DNA of 25,595 nt, taken from positions 1 through 25,595 of the forward strand of contig JBGAOA010000062.1 in the NCBI GenBank assembly GCA_044222065.1, in the 5' to 3' direction. The notes under the pieces were generated by a model, which worked only from the letters and a program-made list of their open reading frames with translations, did not search any database and had not been told where the DNA came from. Below, piece after piece: positions 8,949 through 18,248 of the stretch. Made by a program: the position numbers and the translations under genes. The DNA is from Candidatus Eiseniibacteriota bacterium. Its GTDB lineage: Bacteria; Eisenbacteria; RBG-16-71-46. Position 1 is the stretch's first letter; each line of letters opens with the position of its first letter.

Positions 8949-9617
8949 ATGAGAATTCTCGTGATCGAGGACCACCCGCCGACGCTCGATCTGCTGGAGC
9001 GTTCGCTGGCCGAAGCGGGGCACGAGACCGTGACGGCGGCGCGCGTGGATGCGGCGCTGCGCGCCGCCGCTCAGCCCGGGATCGAACTCGCGATCGTGGA
9101 CGTCATGCTTCCGGACGGCAGCGGATTCGACCTGTGCCGCGCGCTGAGAGCACGCGGCTTCGCGGCGCCGATCCTGTTCCTCACCGCGCGCGGGGAAGGG
9201 GAAGACCGGATCGAAGGGCTCGATGCGGGCGGCGACGACTACCTGAGGAAGCCGTTCGCGATCGCGGAGCTGCGCGCCCGCGTGCGTGCGCTCGGACGAC
9301 GCGGTGCGCTCGGGCCGAGGCCGCGCGTGGCCGGCGGCGACGTCGTGATCGACTTCGGCGCGCGCCGACTGATGCGCGCGGGCGCCGATGTGCCGCTGAC
9401 CTCGCGCGAGTGGGCGGTGCTCGACGTCCTCGCCACGGCGCGCGGCGCGCTCGTCGCGCGCGAGGACGTGCTCGCGGCCGCCTGGCCGAACGCGGGGCCC
9501 GGTGCGTCCGACAGCATGGACGTCATCGTGTCGCGGCTGCGACGAAAGCTCGGCGACGGCGTCGTGCGCATCCGTACCGTGCGCGGCCAGGGCCTCGTGC
9601 TCGAGGCGCCCGAGTGA
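8949..9617 (+). CDS. OmpR/PhoB-family response regulator
   Basis: MRILVIED, DVMLPDGSG (phospho-acceptor Asp), FLTARG, GGDDYLRKPF, winged helix LTSRE...VIVSRLRRKL...IRTVRGQG. Confidence 0.96.
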   Translation: MRILVIEDHPPTLDLLERSLAEAGHETVTAARVDAALRAAAQPGIELAIVDVMLPDGSGFDLCRALRARGFAAPILFLTARGEGEDRIEGLDAGGDDYLRKPFAIAELRARVRALGRRGALGPRPRVAGGDVVIDFGARRLMRAGADVPLTSREWAVLDVLATARGALVAREDVLAAAWPNAGPGASDSMDVIVSRLRRKLGDGVVRIRTVRGQGLVLEAPE

Positions 9618-10880
9618 TGCGCTCGCTCGCCGGGCGACTGACGTGGCTCCAGCAGCTCGCCGTGGGCGGCGCGATCGTGCTGTTTGGCGCGTCCGCTTAC
9701 CTGCTCGCGTCGCGTGCCCTCACGTCGGATCGCCGGTCGTTCGTCGGCGAGACGGCGCGCCGGCTCGCCGCGACGTTCGACGAAGACCTCGCCGACGAGT
9801 CCGACACGCTCGAAGTCGCGCGCGGCCTGCTCGAAGACGGCGCCGAGGTCGGCGTGTGGGTCGAGGTGGCAGCGCACGACGGACGCGTGCTCGCGAGCTC
9901 GATACCGCATCGCGACGTCGAGGACGGCCGCGCCGAGCACGTCGCGAGCGCCGCGAATCCGGGCGGCATCCGCGTCACGGCGGCGATGAGCGATGCACCG
10001 GAGCGCCGCGTCCTCGCGACGCTCGCGCGCTCCCTCGCCGTCGCGGCCCTTCCCATCCTGGTGCTCACGCTCGTTGTCGGACGCGCCGTGGCGCGGCGCG
10101 GATTGCGTCCGCTCTCGATCATGGCGACGCGCGCGGCCGACGTACCGATCGAGGACGGCGTGCGCTCGCTCGGCGCCCGCACGGGGGTCGAGGAAGTGGA
10201 CCGGCTCGCGGAGTCCTTCGACCGTCTGCTCGAGCGTCTCGACGACGCGCGCGCTCGCGAACGCCGCTTCGCGGCCGATGCGTCCCACGAGCTGCGCACG
10301 CCACTGAACGTGCTCGGCGGCGAGATCGAACTGCTGCGCGAACGCGCCGCTCCCGGTTCGCGCGACGCCGAGCCGCTATCGCGCGCCAGCACGCAGGTCG
10401 CGGAGCTGCGCGACCTCGTGGAGGCGCTGCTGCTCCTGAGCCGCGCGCGCGAGGACGCCGGCGGCGCTCACGCGGACTTCGAGGTCGTGAACCTGTGCGA
10501 CGTCGCGCGCGAGGCCGCGGCGGACGCGTTGCACGCGCGCGGGCTCCGACGCGGCGATCTGCGGGTGGCCGAACCTCGTCGACAACGCGCTCAAGTTCAC
10601 GTCGCCGGGCCAGCGCGTCGAGCTGACCCTCGCGACGGCGGGGCACGAGACGACGCTCGCCGTCGACGACGCCGGAGCGGGCGTGCCCGAGGACGAGCGC
10701 GAGCGGATCTTCGATGCGTTCTTCCGCGGGCGCGAGGCGCGCGCCGCACGCGGAGGCTTCGGGCTCGGCCTGCCGATTCTGCGGCGCGTCGCGCGCGCCC
10801 ACGGCGGCGACGTCGAAGTGTGCGACTCGGCGCTCGGCGGCGCGCGGTTCGTGCTGCGCCTCCCGGCGCATCGCGGCTGA
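9617..10880 (+). pseudogene. HAMP-HisKA-HATPase sensor histidine kinase, frameshifted or deleted at about 10570 (pseudogene or assembly error)
   Basis: TGATG overlap with the regulator; two TM segments; H-box FAADASHELRTPL. The N-box NLVDNALKF (from 10572), DAGAGV, IFDAFFRG and GFGLGL continue in the +1 frame to the stop at 10880. Confidence 0.85.
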
Positions 10881-10941
10881 ACGATCGAGGTCGCCCGGGA
10901 CGCGTCGGCGGGTTAGATTGCCGCCGAACCCGGAGGTGAAC

Positions 10942-12015
10942 ATGCGACGGAATCCCGCAGCGCGTCTCGCGGTCGCGCTCGTACTCGCCTGGCTCGCGTG
11001 CCCGCGCCCCGCACAGTCCGCAGAGTCCGACTTCACGATCCCGAACTTCGAATTCGGGAGCGGCGAGACGCTCGCGAACCTGCGCCTGCACGTCCTCACG
11101 CTCGGCGCGCTCCGGCGCGACGCGCGGGGGCACGCGACGAACGCCGTGCTCGTGCTGCACGGCACCGGCGGATCGGGGCGGCAGTTCCTCGCTCGCCAGT
11201 TCGCCGACGAACTCTACGGCGCCGGGCAGCCGCTCGACACGACGCGCTGGTTCGTGATCCTGCCGGACGGGATCGGGCACGGGAGATCGAGCAAGCCGAG
11301 CGACGGGCTGCGGATGAAGTTCCCGAAGTACGACTACGACGACATGGTGCGCGCGCACCACGTGCTCGTGACGCGGCACCTCGGCGTGGACCACCTGCGG
11401 CTCGTGATGGGCACGTCCATGGGCGGCATGCACACGTGGGTGTGGGGCGAGACCCACCCGGGCTTCATGGACGCGCTCATGCCGCTCGCGTGCCAGCCGG
11501 TCGCGATCGTGGGACGCAACCGCCTGTGGCGCGACATGATCGTGGACGCGATCGAGCGCGACCCGGCGTGGAACGGCGGCGACTACGAACGCCAGCCGGA
11601 GCAGGGCCTGCGCACCGCGATCGACCTGCTGCTCATCGCGGGCAGCGCGCCGATCTTCCAGCAGAACGCGCTCGCGACGCGCGACACCGTCGATCGCTAT
11701 CTGCAAGCGCAGCTCGCGAGCCGCAGGGCGACGACCGACGCGAACGACCTCCTCTACCAGATCGAGGCGTCGCGGAACTACGACCCGTCTTCGAAGCTCG
11801 AAGCGATCACGGCGCGGGTGATGTTCGTGAACTCGGCAGACGACTTTATCAATCCGCCGGAGCTCGGGATCGCCGAGCGCGAGATCCGGCGCGTGAAGCG
11901 CGGCACGTTCGTGCTGATCCCGGCGAGCGACAAGACGCGCGGCCACGGCACGCACACCTGGGCGGCGCTGTGGAAGGACCGGCTCGTCGAGCTGCTCGAG
12001 CGCTCCAGGAAGTAG
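10942..12015 (+). CDS. Secreted alpha/beta hydrolase of the homoserine O-acetyltransferase (MetX)-like family
   Basis: SD GGAGG then ATG 10942; signal peptide; LVLHGTGG, PDGIGHG, nucleophile GTSMGG, NSADD, GHGTH. Confidence 0.85.
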   Translation: MRRNPAARLAVALVLAWLACPRPAQSAESDFTIPNFEFGSGETLANLRLHVLTLGALRRDARGHATNAVLVLHGTGGSGRQFLARQFADELYGAGQPLDTTRWFVILPDGIGHGRSSKPSDGLRMKFPKYDYDDMVRAHHVLVTRHLGVDHLRLVMGTSMGGMHTWVWGETHPGFMDALMPLACQPVAIVGRNRLWRDMIVDAIERDPAWNGGDYERQPEQGLRTAIDLLLIAGSAPIFQQNALATRDTVDRYLQAQLASRRATTDANDLLYQIEASRNYDPSSKLEAITARVMFVNSADDFINPPELGIAEREIRRVKRGTFVLIPASDKTRGHGTHTWAALWKDRLVELLERSRK

Positions 12016-12060
12016 GCGGCGCCGCACGGCGCGGCGCCGTCCGGAACTCGGGGCCCCGCG

Positions 12061-14574
12061 CTACTCCATCACGACGACGCGCCGTACGCGCTCGCCCTCG
12101 GGCGTCACGAGCCGCGCGAGGTACACGCCGGGGGCGACGCGACGCCCGGCGCCGTCCGTGAGATCCCAGCCGCGCACGTAGCGCCGGGCGCCGTAGTTGC
12201 CGTCCACGAGCATCGTCACGCGACGCCCCGCGATGTCGAGCACTTCGAGGCGCGCGTGGCCTTCGCGCGGCAGCGAGAACTCGAATCGCGCGAGACCGCT
12301 CACCGGATTCGGCGAAGGCGGCGCGAACTCGAGCGCGGCCGGCGCGGGCGTATCGCCCACCGCGACGGGCAGGGGCTGCGCCGCGGGGTCGTAGAGATAG
12401 ACCTGCAGCGAATCGAAGTCGAAGCCGGGGCCTTGCACGCTCGCGTCGCTCTGCGTGTGGAAGCGCATGCGGATGCGCGTCGCGCCGGCGTTCATGAGCG
12501 GCGTCAGGTCCACGCGCTCCCAGCGCCAGTTGAAGCGGTTGCCCTCCCAGCACGGCAGGTTCGAGGGCTGGGAGCCGCCGAGGCCGAGCGTCGTCATCGT
12601 GCCCGCCTGCGGCGTCCATGTGACGCTGTCGGGGCTCGTCTCGAGCGTCGCGGCGTCGGCGTCTCCCTCGAGGCCCCAGCGCGTCTCGAACGTCGCATAG
12701 GCGTGCGTGCCGTGGCTCAGGTCGAGCCAGCCCTTCTTCGTGAGCCGGGCGTTCAGGCTCGCGGTGTACTGCCCGAATGGGCTGTCGGCGAAGTAGCGGC
12801 TCGGATGCGTGGGATCGTTCGATCGGATGCCCCACGTTCCGCTCGTGATCAGGAAGTTCGCGAACGCGTTCGAGGCGCCGTCGTCGAGCAGCACGGTCGG
12901 CGTGCCGACCGGGATCGCGAGCGTGTCGCACGACACCTCGCCGTCGGTGGTCGTGAAGCGCACCTGGAAGCGCGCGAGCCTGCCGGGCGTGATCGTGTCG
13001 TAGGCCGCGACGTGGAACGTCGCGCCGCCGAGCGCGTCGCCGCTCGTGCGCTGCGCGAGCGCCGGGTAGCCGATCGGACCGTCGTACACGATGAGCGACG
13101 GCTCGAGCGGGACGAGCTGCGCCGTGAGCCCGGCGCCCGTCGTCGTGAGTCCGTGATTGCGCGCGCGCACCCACACGTGCGCGTCCCACCCCGCGTTCAG
13201 CACGCCTTCCGAGAGCCCGTACTTCTCGACGCGCACGTAGCTCTTCGCGATGTGCGCCGTGACGTAGCAGCTGTGCAGCAGCTCGCGCGCGAGCGGCAGG
13301 ATGCGCGACTGCGGCGGCCAGAAGCCGTCGTTCGCGCTGCCGATCTCGGGCGTCCACGAGTAGTAGCGCGGCTTGAGCACGGTCTCGCCGTAGCACCAGT
13401 CGTTGAATTCGCCGTTCACCTGGTAGAGCACGCGCGGCGAGTTCCCCGACATGTAGTTGTTGCGCAGCGTGAGCTGGTCGTCCCACTCGTAGAACAGGTT
13501 CGAGTCCGGCGCCGCCGTCACCTGGTAGCCCCACGGATGCAGCATGAGGTCGCTGTAGGTGTGGAACGACAGCCCGGTCGTGGGCTGGAGCGCGACGATC
13601 TTGTCGCGCTGGGCGCGCGTCTCGGGTTCCGAGAACGCCGTCGGGCCGCGATAAAGGTCGGAGGACGTCGACGGGCTCGAGCCGACGTCGTCGAAGCCCC
13701 ACATGAAGCCGTAGTTGCGGTTCAGGTCCACGCCGTCGCCGCCGTCGAAGCCGCCGCTCGAGTTGTTGTCGCGCGCGTTCTTGCGCCACATGCCGAACCC
13801 GCCGCCGCCGAAGTACGTGTTCTCGTTCGCGGCGTAGCCGTCGGGGTTGGAGAGCGGAACGATGTAGATGACGCGGTTCTGGAGCAGCGCCGTCTTCTCG
13901 GGGTCGGCGCCGTAGCCCGCGAGCAGGTCGTCCACGAACCAGAACAGCGCCTGCATGCCGCCGGGCTCGCGCGCGTGATTGAGCGAGTTGTAGTAGATCA
14001 CCGGGCGCGTGTCGGGGCCTTCCACGGTCGTTCCGAGCCGGAGCCCCCAGATCGGGCGGTTCTGCCACGTCGTGCCGAGCGTGTCGAGCTTGTCGGCGAC
14101 GACGCCGTTCACGTCGTTCGCCACGAGTTCGTCGAGCTTCATCTTGATCTCGGCGCTGGTCCAGTAGCCGCCCATGCTCCCCGAACCAAAGGGCGGCGGA
14201 GACTGGGTCGTCTCGCGGCCGCCGCGCGCGCCCCGCACGCGCGAGGCCGGCGGAGCGGGGTTCGCGCGCAGCTCGGCGTCGGCGAAGCGCGCCGCGGTGA
14301 GCCCGGGATTCGCGTCCACGAGCACGGCCTCGGCGCCGAGTGCGGCGAGACGCGACTCGTCGCCGGGCCACACGAACACGCTCGCGAAGCGACCGGGCTT
14401 CGCATCGACGACGTCGAAGCCGGCTTCGAGCAGGCGTTCCAGCGCGAAGTCGGGCGTGAGCGTGACGCGCACGAGCTGCGGCTGGGGGAGCGGCGCGGTG
14501 GCGCCGGCGAGCGCGCCGCCGGAGAGCGTGGTCGCGAGGGCGAGCGAGCAGAGCAGGGCGGGGACTCGGCGCAT
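12061..14574 (-). CDS. M14 zinc carboxypeptidase (carboxypeptidase T-like) with C-terminal FlgD Ig-like domain
   Basis: ATG 14574 with SD GGAG; signal peptide; HARE, NPDGY, WRKN, DLNRNY, FSEPET, SFHTYS, TPEIG; C-terminal PSPNP...LDIAGRRV...WDLTDGAGRRVAPGVYLARL. Confidence 0.92.
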   Translation of the reverse strand: MRRVPALLCSLALATTLSGGALAGATAPLPQPQLVRVTLTPDFALERLLEAGFDVVDAKPGRFASVFVWPGDESRLAALGAEAVLVDANPGLTAARFADAELRANPAPPASRVRGARGGRETTQSPPPFGSGSMGGYWTSAEIKMKLDELVANDVNGVVADKLDTLGTTWQNRPIWGLRLGTTVEGPDTRPVIYYNSLNHAREPGGMQALFWFVDDLLAGYGADPEKTALLQNRVIYIVPLSNPDGYAANENTYFGGGGFGMWRKNARDNNSSGGFDGGDGVDLNRNYGFMWGFDDVGSSPSTSSDLYRGPTAFSEPETRAQRDKIVALQPTTGLSFHTYSDLMLHPWGYQVTAAPDSNLFYEWDDQLTLRNNYMSGNSPRVLYQVNGEFNDWCYGETVLKPRYYSWTPEIGSANDGFWPPQSRILPLARELLHSCYVTAHIAKSYVRVEKYGLSEGVLNAGWDAHVWVRARNHGLTTTGAGLTAQLVPLEPSLIVYDGPIGYPALAQRTSGDALGGATFHVAAYDTITPGRLARFQVRFTTTDGEVSCDTLAIPVGTPTVLLDDGASNAFANFLITSGTWGIRSNDPTHPSRYFADSPFGQYTASLNARLTKKGWLDLSHGTHAYATFETRWGLEGDADAATLETSPDSVTWTPQAGTMTTLGLGGSQPSNLPCWEGNRFNWRWERVDLTPLMNAGATRIRMRFHTQSDASVQGPGFDFDSLQVYLYDPAAQPLPVAVGDTPAPAALEFAPPSPNPVSGLARFEFSLPREGHARLEVLDIAGRRVTMLVDGNYGARRYVRGWDLTDGAGRRVAPGVYLARLVTPEGERVRRVVVME

Positions 14575-14679
14575 GGGCGGCACTCCGGATGGGGGGAAAC
14601 GCGAGATCCGAGGGCGGAAGCTTAGCAGCGGCCCGAACGAGCGAATAGCCGGAAGTCGCGGCGGCAGCGGCGAGCCGGC

Positions 14680-15177
14680 TCAGTCGCGGCGTCGCGGCGG
14701 CGTGCGCCGCGGCCACCAGCGCCCGACCTCGCGGCAATAGTCCTCGTACTCGTCGCCGAAGAGCCGGCGCAGCGTCGGCTCCTCGTAGCCGTGGACGAAC
14801 GCGGCGAGCGAAGCGAGGAAGATCGCCGCGTAGGCGGCGAGCACGAGCGAGCCGTAGAAGAGCGCCGCGCCCGAGAGGGCGATTCCCGCGCCCCAGTACA
14901 TCGGATTCCGCACCACGCCATAGGGGCCGCTCCTCACGAGCCGACGCGGCGGATCGAACGGCGCCGGAGTGCCGCGGCCCGCGAGAGCGAACGCGAGCAC
15001 GCACGCGATCGCGAGGGTTGCGCCCGCGAGGGCGAGCGCGGCGCCGGCGACCTGCGCACCGCCCCACGGCCCGGGGCCGCGCACGCCGGCGAGCGACAGC
15101 AGCGTGCCGGGGACGTAGACGAGCAGGAAACCGATGAACGTGGCGGCGTAGACGAGAGCGCGGACGAGCGTGAACAC
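14680..15177 (-). CDS. Isoprenylcysteine carboxyl methyltransferase / PEMT-family membrane protein
   Basis: GTG 15177 with SD GAGG (start uncertain); TM helices; GTPAPFDPPRRLVRSGPYGVVRNPMY and EEPTLRRLFGDEYEDYCREVGRW. Confidence 0.88.
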   Translation of the reverse strand: MFTLVRALVYAATFIGFLLVYVPGTLLSLAGVRGPGPWGGAQVAGAALALAGATLAIACVLAFALAGRGTPAPFDPPRRLVRSGPYGVVRNPMYWGAGIALSGAALFYGSLVLAAYAAIFLASLAAFVHGYEEPTLRRLFGDEYEDYCREVGRWWPRRTPPRRRD

Positions 15178-15339
15178 GAAGTGCCTCGGCGGGGCGGGCC
15201 CGATCGCCACCCCCTGGGATCCGCGGCGAATCTGCCATCGGCGCGGGGGAGCGGTCCGCTGTCCCTCGCCGAGCGCCCGGGGTCCGGTGACGGCCGCCGG
15301 AGGAGAGCCCACGAGCGGCCCTTCTAAAGGAGGGGGCCC

Positions 15340-15633
15340 CCGTTCCGGACGGGCAACCGCCCTTGTCCCAGTCTTCACTTGAGTTTCCGGTGCGTTCCAG
15401 CCGATACTCCCCGCGACTTCGCTCACGCCCGCACCGGTCACCCGCGATCGCGCACCCCAAAGCGCCCCCGGCAGCCTGTTCCAAGGCAGCGAAGACTCCG
15501 GCACCGACCGGACCGCCTGTACGCGCGAGTGCGCGAGGGCAGGCGAACTCGGCGAAAGCGGCCGGTGGAATCCGGCCCCGCGCGAAGGCCCTGAAGGGTC
15601 CGCCCGCCGATTCCTTACACCCAGGGAGTACAC
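15340..15633 (+). ncRNA. Candidate structured 5' leader / cis-regulatory RNA of the DEAD-box helicase gene
   Basis: Long intergenic region with many stems: 15351-54/15359-62; AGTCTTC 15370-76/GAAGACT 15491-97; CCGGTGCG 15387-94/CGCACCGG 15430-37; 15474-77/15484-87; 15514-20/15539-45 enclosing 15522-26/15531-35; 15561-65/15572-76; TCGGCG 15549-54/CGCCGA 15605-10. Confidence 0.5.
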
Positions 15634-17346
15634 ATGCCGTTCGCATCACTCGGCCTGCCCGACGTCATCACCAAGGGCGTGCGGGCCGCCGGCTACAAGG
15701 AACCCACGCCGATCCAGAAGGAAGCGATTCCCGTCATCCTGCCCGGCCACGACCTGATCGCGGCGGCGCAGACGGGCAGCGGCAAGACCGCCGCGTTCCT
15801 GCTTCCGATCCTCACCCGGCTGCTCGGCCGGCCCGGCGCGCTCCGCGCCCTCGTGCTCGTGCCCACCCGTGAACTCTGCGCGCAGATCGACGAGAACGCG
15901 CGCAAGTACGCCCGCTTCGCCGGCATCCGCTGCGGCGCCGCGTACGGCGGCGTCCCGATCGGACCGCAGGAGCGCATGCTGCGTTACGAAGGCGTCGAGC
16001 TGCTCATCGCGACGCCCGGCCGGTTGCTCGACCTTCAGGGCCGGCAGTCGGTCGCGCTCGACGAGGTCGAGATCCTCGTGCTCGACGAAGCCGACCGAAT
16101 GGTGGACATGGGCTTCGCGCCCGACCTGCGCCGCATCCTGCGGCTGCTGCCGACGAAGCGGCAGACGTTGATGTTCTCGGCGACGATGCCGCGCGAACTG
16201 AACGCGGTTGCTCAGGAGGCCACGCACTCGCCGCGCCGCGTCGAGGTGACGCCGCCGACGAGCACGGCCGAGAAGGTCGCGCAGTACTTCGTCTCGGTTT
16301 CGCAACTCGACAAGCTCGACGTGCTCGACCGAATGCTGGCGCGCGAGCGCGACCTGCGCGCGATCGTGTTCGCCCGCACGAAGCGCGGCGCGGACAAGCT
16401 CGAGCGGCGCATGAAGGAACGCGGGCACCACACGGTCGTGCTGCACGGCGACCGCACGCAGGGCCAGCGCGAGCGCGCGATGCTGGCGTTCAAGCGTGGG
16501 CGCGCCGACGTGCTCATCGCGACGGACATCGCCTCGCGCGGCATCGACGTCACGGGCGTCACGCACGTCGTCAACTTCGACGTGCCGCGGAGCCCCGACG
16601 ACTACGTGCACCGCATCGGCCGCACGGGCCGCATGCACGCGAGCGGTCAGGCGCTGACGTTCGTCACGCCGTCGGAAGAGAAGGACGCGGCCGCGATCGA
16701 GAAGTCCATCGGACTCAAGCTGCCTCGCGTCCGTCCCGGCGACCTCGAGACCGGCGCGGCGTCGAAGCGGGCGCACGCCGCGAAGCCGCACGGCGAGGCT
16801 CACGCCGCGAAGCCGCACGCCGCGAAGCCGCACGGCGAGGCTCACGCCGCGAAGCCGCACGCCGCGAAGCCGCACGGCGAGGCTCACGCCGCGAAGCCGC
16901 ACGGCGGTTCGCACGCGGCGAAGCCGCACGCCGACGGTCACGCGCCGGCCGCGAAGTCGCACGGATCCGCGCGCAGTCACGGCGCGTCGCGCACGCACCA
17001 CGACGATCCGCGTCTCCGCCGGCTGCACGAGCGGATCTCGCGCCACGAAGACGCGTCCGACCACGGACGCGACGACTCGGCGCGCCGACCGCGTCGCGAA
17101 TCGCGCGGTCGCGAGGAGTCCCGTCCGCGCCGCGAGGCGCGTTCGCACGAGGGCGCCTCGTCCCGCGGTCGCCACGACGCGTCGCACGGCCGCGCTTCGC
17201 ACGGCGCGCACGCGACGCCGGTGGCGGCGAAGCCGGCGGCGCACGGCTCGGGTCACGCCGCGCCGCGCCCGCACGCGCCTGCGGCGGAGCACGGACGCCG
17301 TCCGCGCGCGAACGCGTCGGATCGGCGGAGTCGCAAGCGGCTCTAG
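15634..17346 (+). CDS. DEAD-box ATP-dependent RNA helicase (RhlE-like) with a long His/Arg-rich disordered C-terminus
   Basis: Q motif GYKEPTPIQ, AQTGSGKT, PTREL, TPGRL, DEAD, SAT, HGDRTQ, ASRGID, HRIGRTGR; SD GGGAG. No DbpA-type C-terminal RNA-binding domain is visible. Confidence 0.96.
   Translation: MPFASLGLPDVITKGVRAAGYKEPTPIQKEAIPVILPGHDLIAAAQTGSGKTAAFLLPILTRLLGRPGALRALVLVPTRELCAQIDENARKYARFAGIRCGAAYGGVPIGPQERMLRYEGVELLIATPGRLLDLQGRQSVALDEVEILVLDEADRMVDMGFAPDLRRILRLLPTKRQTLMFSATMPRELNAVAQEATHSPRRVEVTPPTSTAEKVAQYFVSVSQLDKLDVLDRMLARERDLRAIVFARTKRGADKLERRMKERGHHTVVLHGDRTQGQRERAMLAFKRGRADVLIATDIASRGIDVTGVTHVVNFDVPRSPDDYVHRIGRTGRMHASGQALTFVTPSEEKDAAAIEKSIGLKLPRVRPGDLETGAASKRAHAAKPHGEAHAAKPHAAKPHGEAHAAKPHAAKPHGEAHAAKPHGGSHAAKPHADGHAPAAKSHGSARSHGASRTHHDDPRLRRLHERISRHEDASDHGRDDSARRPRRESRGREESRPRREARSHEGASSRGRHDASHGRASHGAHATPVAAKPAAHGSGHAAPRPHAPAAEHGRRPRANASDRRSRKRL
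16774..16926 (+). repeat. In-frame tandem repeat: three perfect 42-bp units (HAAKPHGEAHAAKP) plus a degenerate partial unit
   Basis: cacgccgcgaagccgcacggcgaggctcacgccgcgaagccg at 16774-16815, 16816-16857 and 16858-16899, then a variant at 16900-16926. Confidence 0.95.
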
Positions 17347-17358
17347 CTTCGGCTGGCG

Positions 17359-18069
17359 TCAGCGCCGCGCGGCGACGCCGCGCGGGCGCTCGACGCCCGC
17401 GAAGGGGCTGAGCAGGAACCAGCCCGGGAAGGCCTGCGCGAGTTCGCGCGGGCCTTCGATCGTGAAGGTCCCGCTGCGGCGCGCGGCGTCGAACGTCGTG
17501 GCGCCCATCCACACGCGGGCGAGCGCGCCGACGTCCGCGCTCACGACCAGGTCTTCGTCGAGCAGCGGGTCCTTGAGGCACAGGTCCGCGCCGCGGCGCT
17601 CGAGCACGAGCCAGCAGCGCCGCAATTCACGGCAACGCGGCGGGTAGCCGCGGAACTCGAAGCGCGCGACCACGCGCCGCCGCGGTAGCCGCGCGAGGTC
17701 CACGCGCCGTCGCATGTTCCACATCAGCAGCAGCACGTCGAGGTTCTCGGCGTCGAACTGCGAGGCGGCCCAGCGCTGGCCCCATTCGCCGAGCCGCTCG
17801 AGCACGCCGCGCAGCTCTTCGGCCGCGGGCGTCGGCGCGTACTCGCGGCCGCGGCCGCTCGGCAAGGGCGCGCTGCGGATCACGCCGGCGCGCTCGAGCG
17901 AGCGCAGGCGCTGCGCGAGCAGCGCGCGCGAGATCGTCGGCAACCCACGCTGCAGCTCGCCGAAGCGCCGCGATCCGGCGAGCAGTTCGCGCAGGATCAG
18001 CGGCGTCCAGCGTTCGGCGAAGATCTCGCTCGCCATCGCGATCGGGCAGAACTGTCCGTAGCCGCGCAT
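17359..18069 (-). CDS. HxlR-family winged-helix regulator with an SCP2-like C-terminal domain
   Basis: MRGYGQFCPIAMASEIFAERWTPLILRELLAGSRRFGELQRGLPTISRALLAQRLRSLE, followed by WNMRRRVD...DLCLKDP...D. Confidence 0.9.
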   Translation of the reverse strand: MRGYGQFCPIAMASEIFAERWTPLILRELLAGSRRFGELQRGLPTISRALLAQRLRSLERAGVIRSAPLPSGRGREYAPTPAAEELRGVLERLGEWGQRWAASQFDAENLDVLLLMWNMRRRVDLARLPRRRVVARFEFRGYPPRCRELRRCWLVLERRGADLCLKDPLLDEDLVVSADVGALARVWMGATTFDAARRSGTFTIEGPRELAQAFPGWFLLSPFAGVERPRGVAARR

Positions 18070-18106
18070 CGCACTCGAAGCTAGGTGCGGAATCCCACTC
18101 CGGGCA

Positions 18107-18123
18107 AGTTCAAGGATTGAACT
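18107..18123. promoter_or_regulatory. Palindromic operator AGTTCAA-GGA-TTGAACT, probably bound by the HxlR regulator
   Basis: Perfect AT-rich 7-3-7 inverted repeat between the divergent hxlR-like and PAP2/haloperoxidase genes, in a very GC-rich context. Confidence 0.75.
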
Positions 18124-18248
18124 GGAAACGGGTGTTTGCGCCGAGCAGAGTGCGCCGGTCGCGGGACCGCGTACGCCGATTTCCGGCGAGCGACCCGCCC
18201 GGACGACGCCCTGCGCGCGTCCGGACCACGTTCCAGGAGGTGTCGTCC

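Noticed and set aside
12016..12040. 9-bp hairpin between convergent genes as a terminator
   Set aside because: All-GC stem with no U-tract on either strand; too weak to call at this GC content.
15555..15585. GCCGGTGGAATCCGGC resembles a cobalamin-riboswitch or tRNA T-arm hairpin
   Set aside because: No flanking GGGAA, CCCGCAACTGT or B12 box, and no cloverleaf. The downstream gene is a helicase.
16774..16926. Possible CRISPR array
   Set aside because: The repeats are contiguous, in frame within a CDS and have no unique spacers. No cas genes are present.
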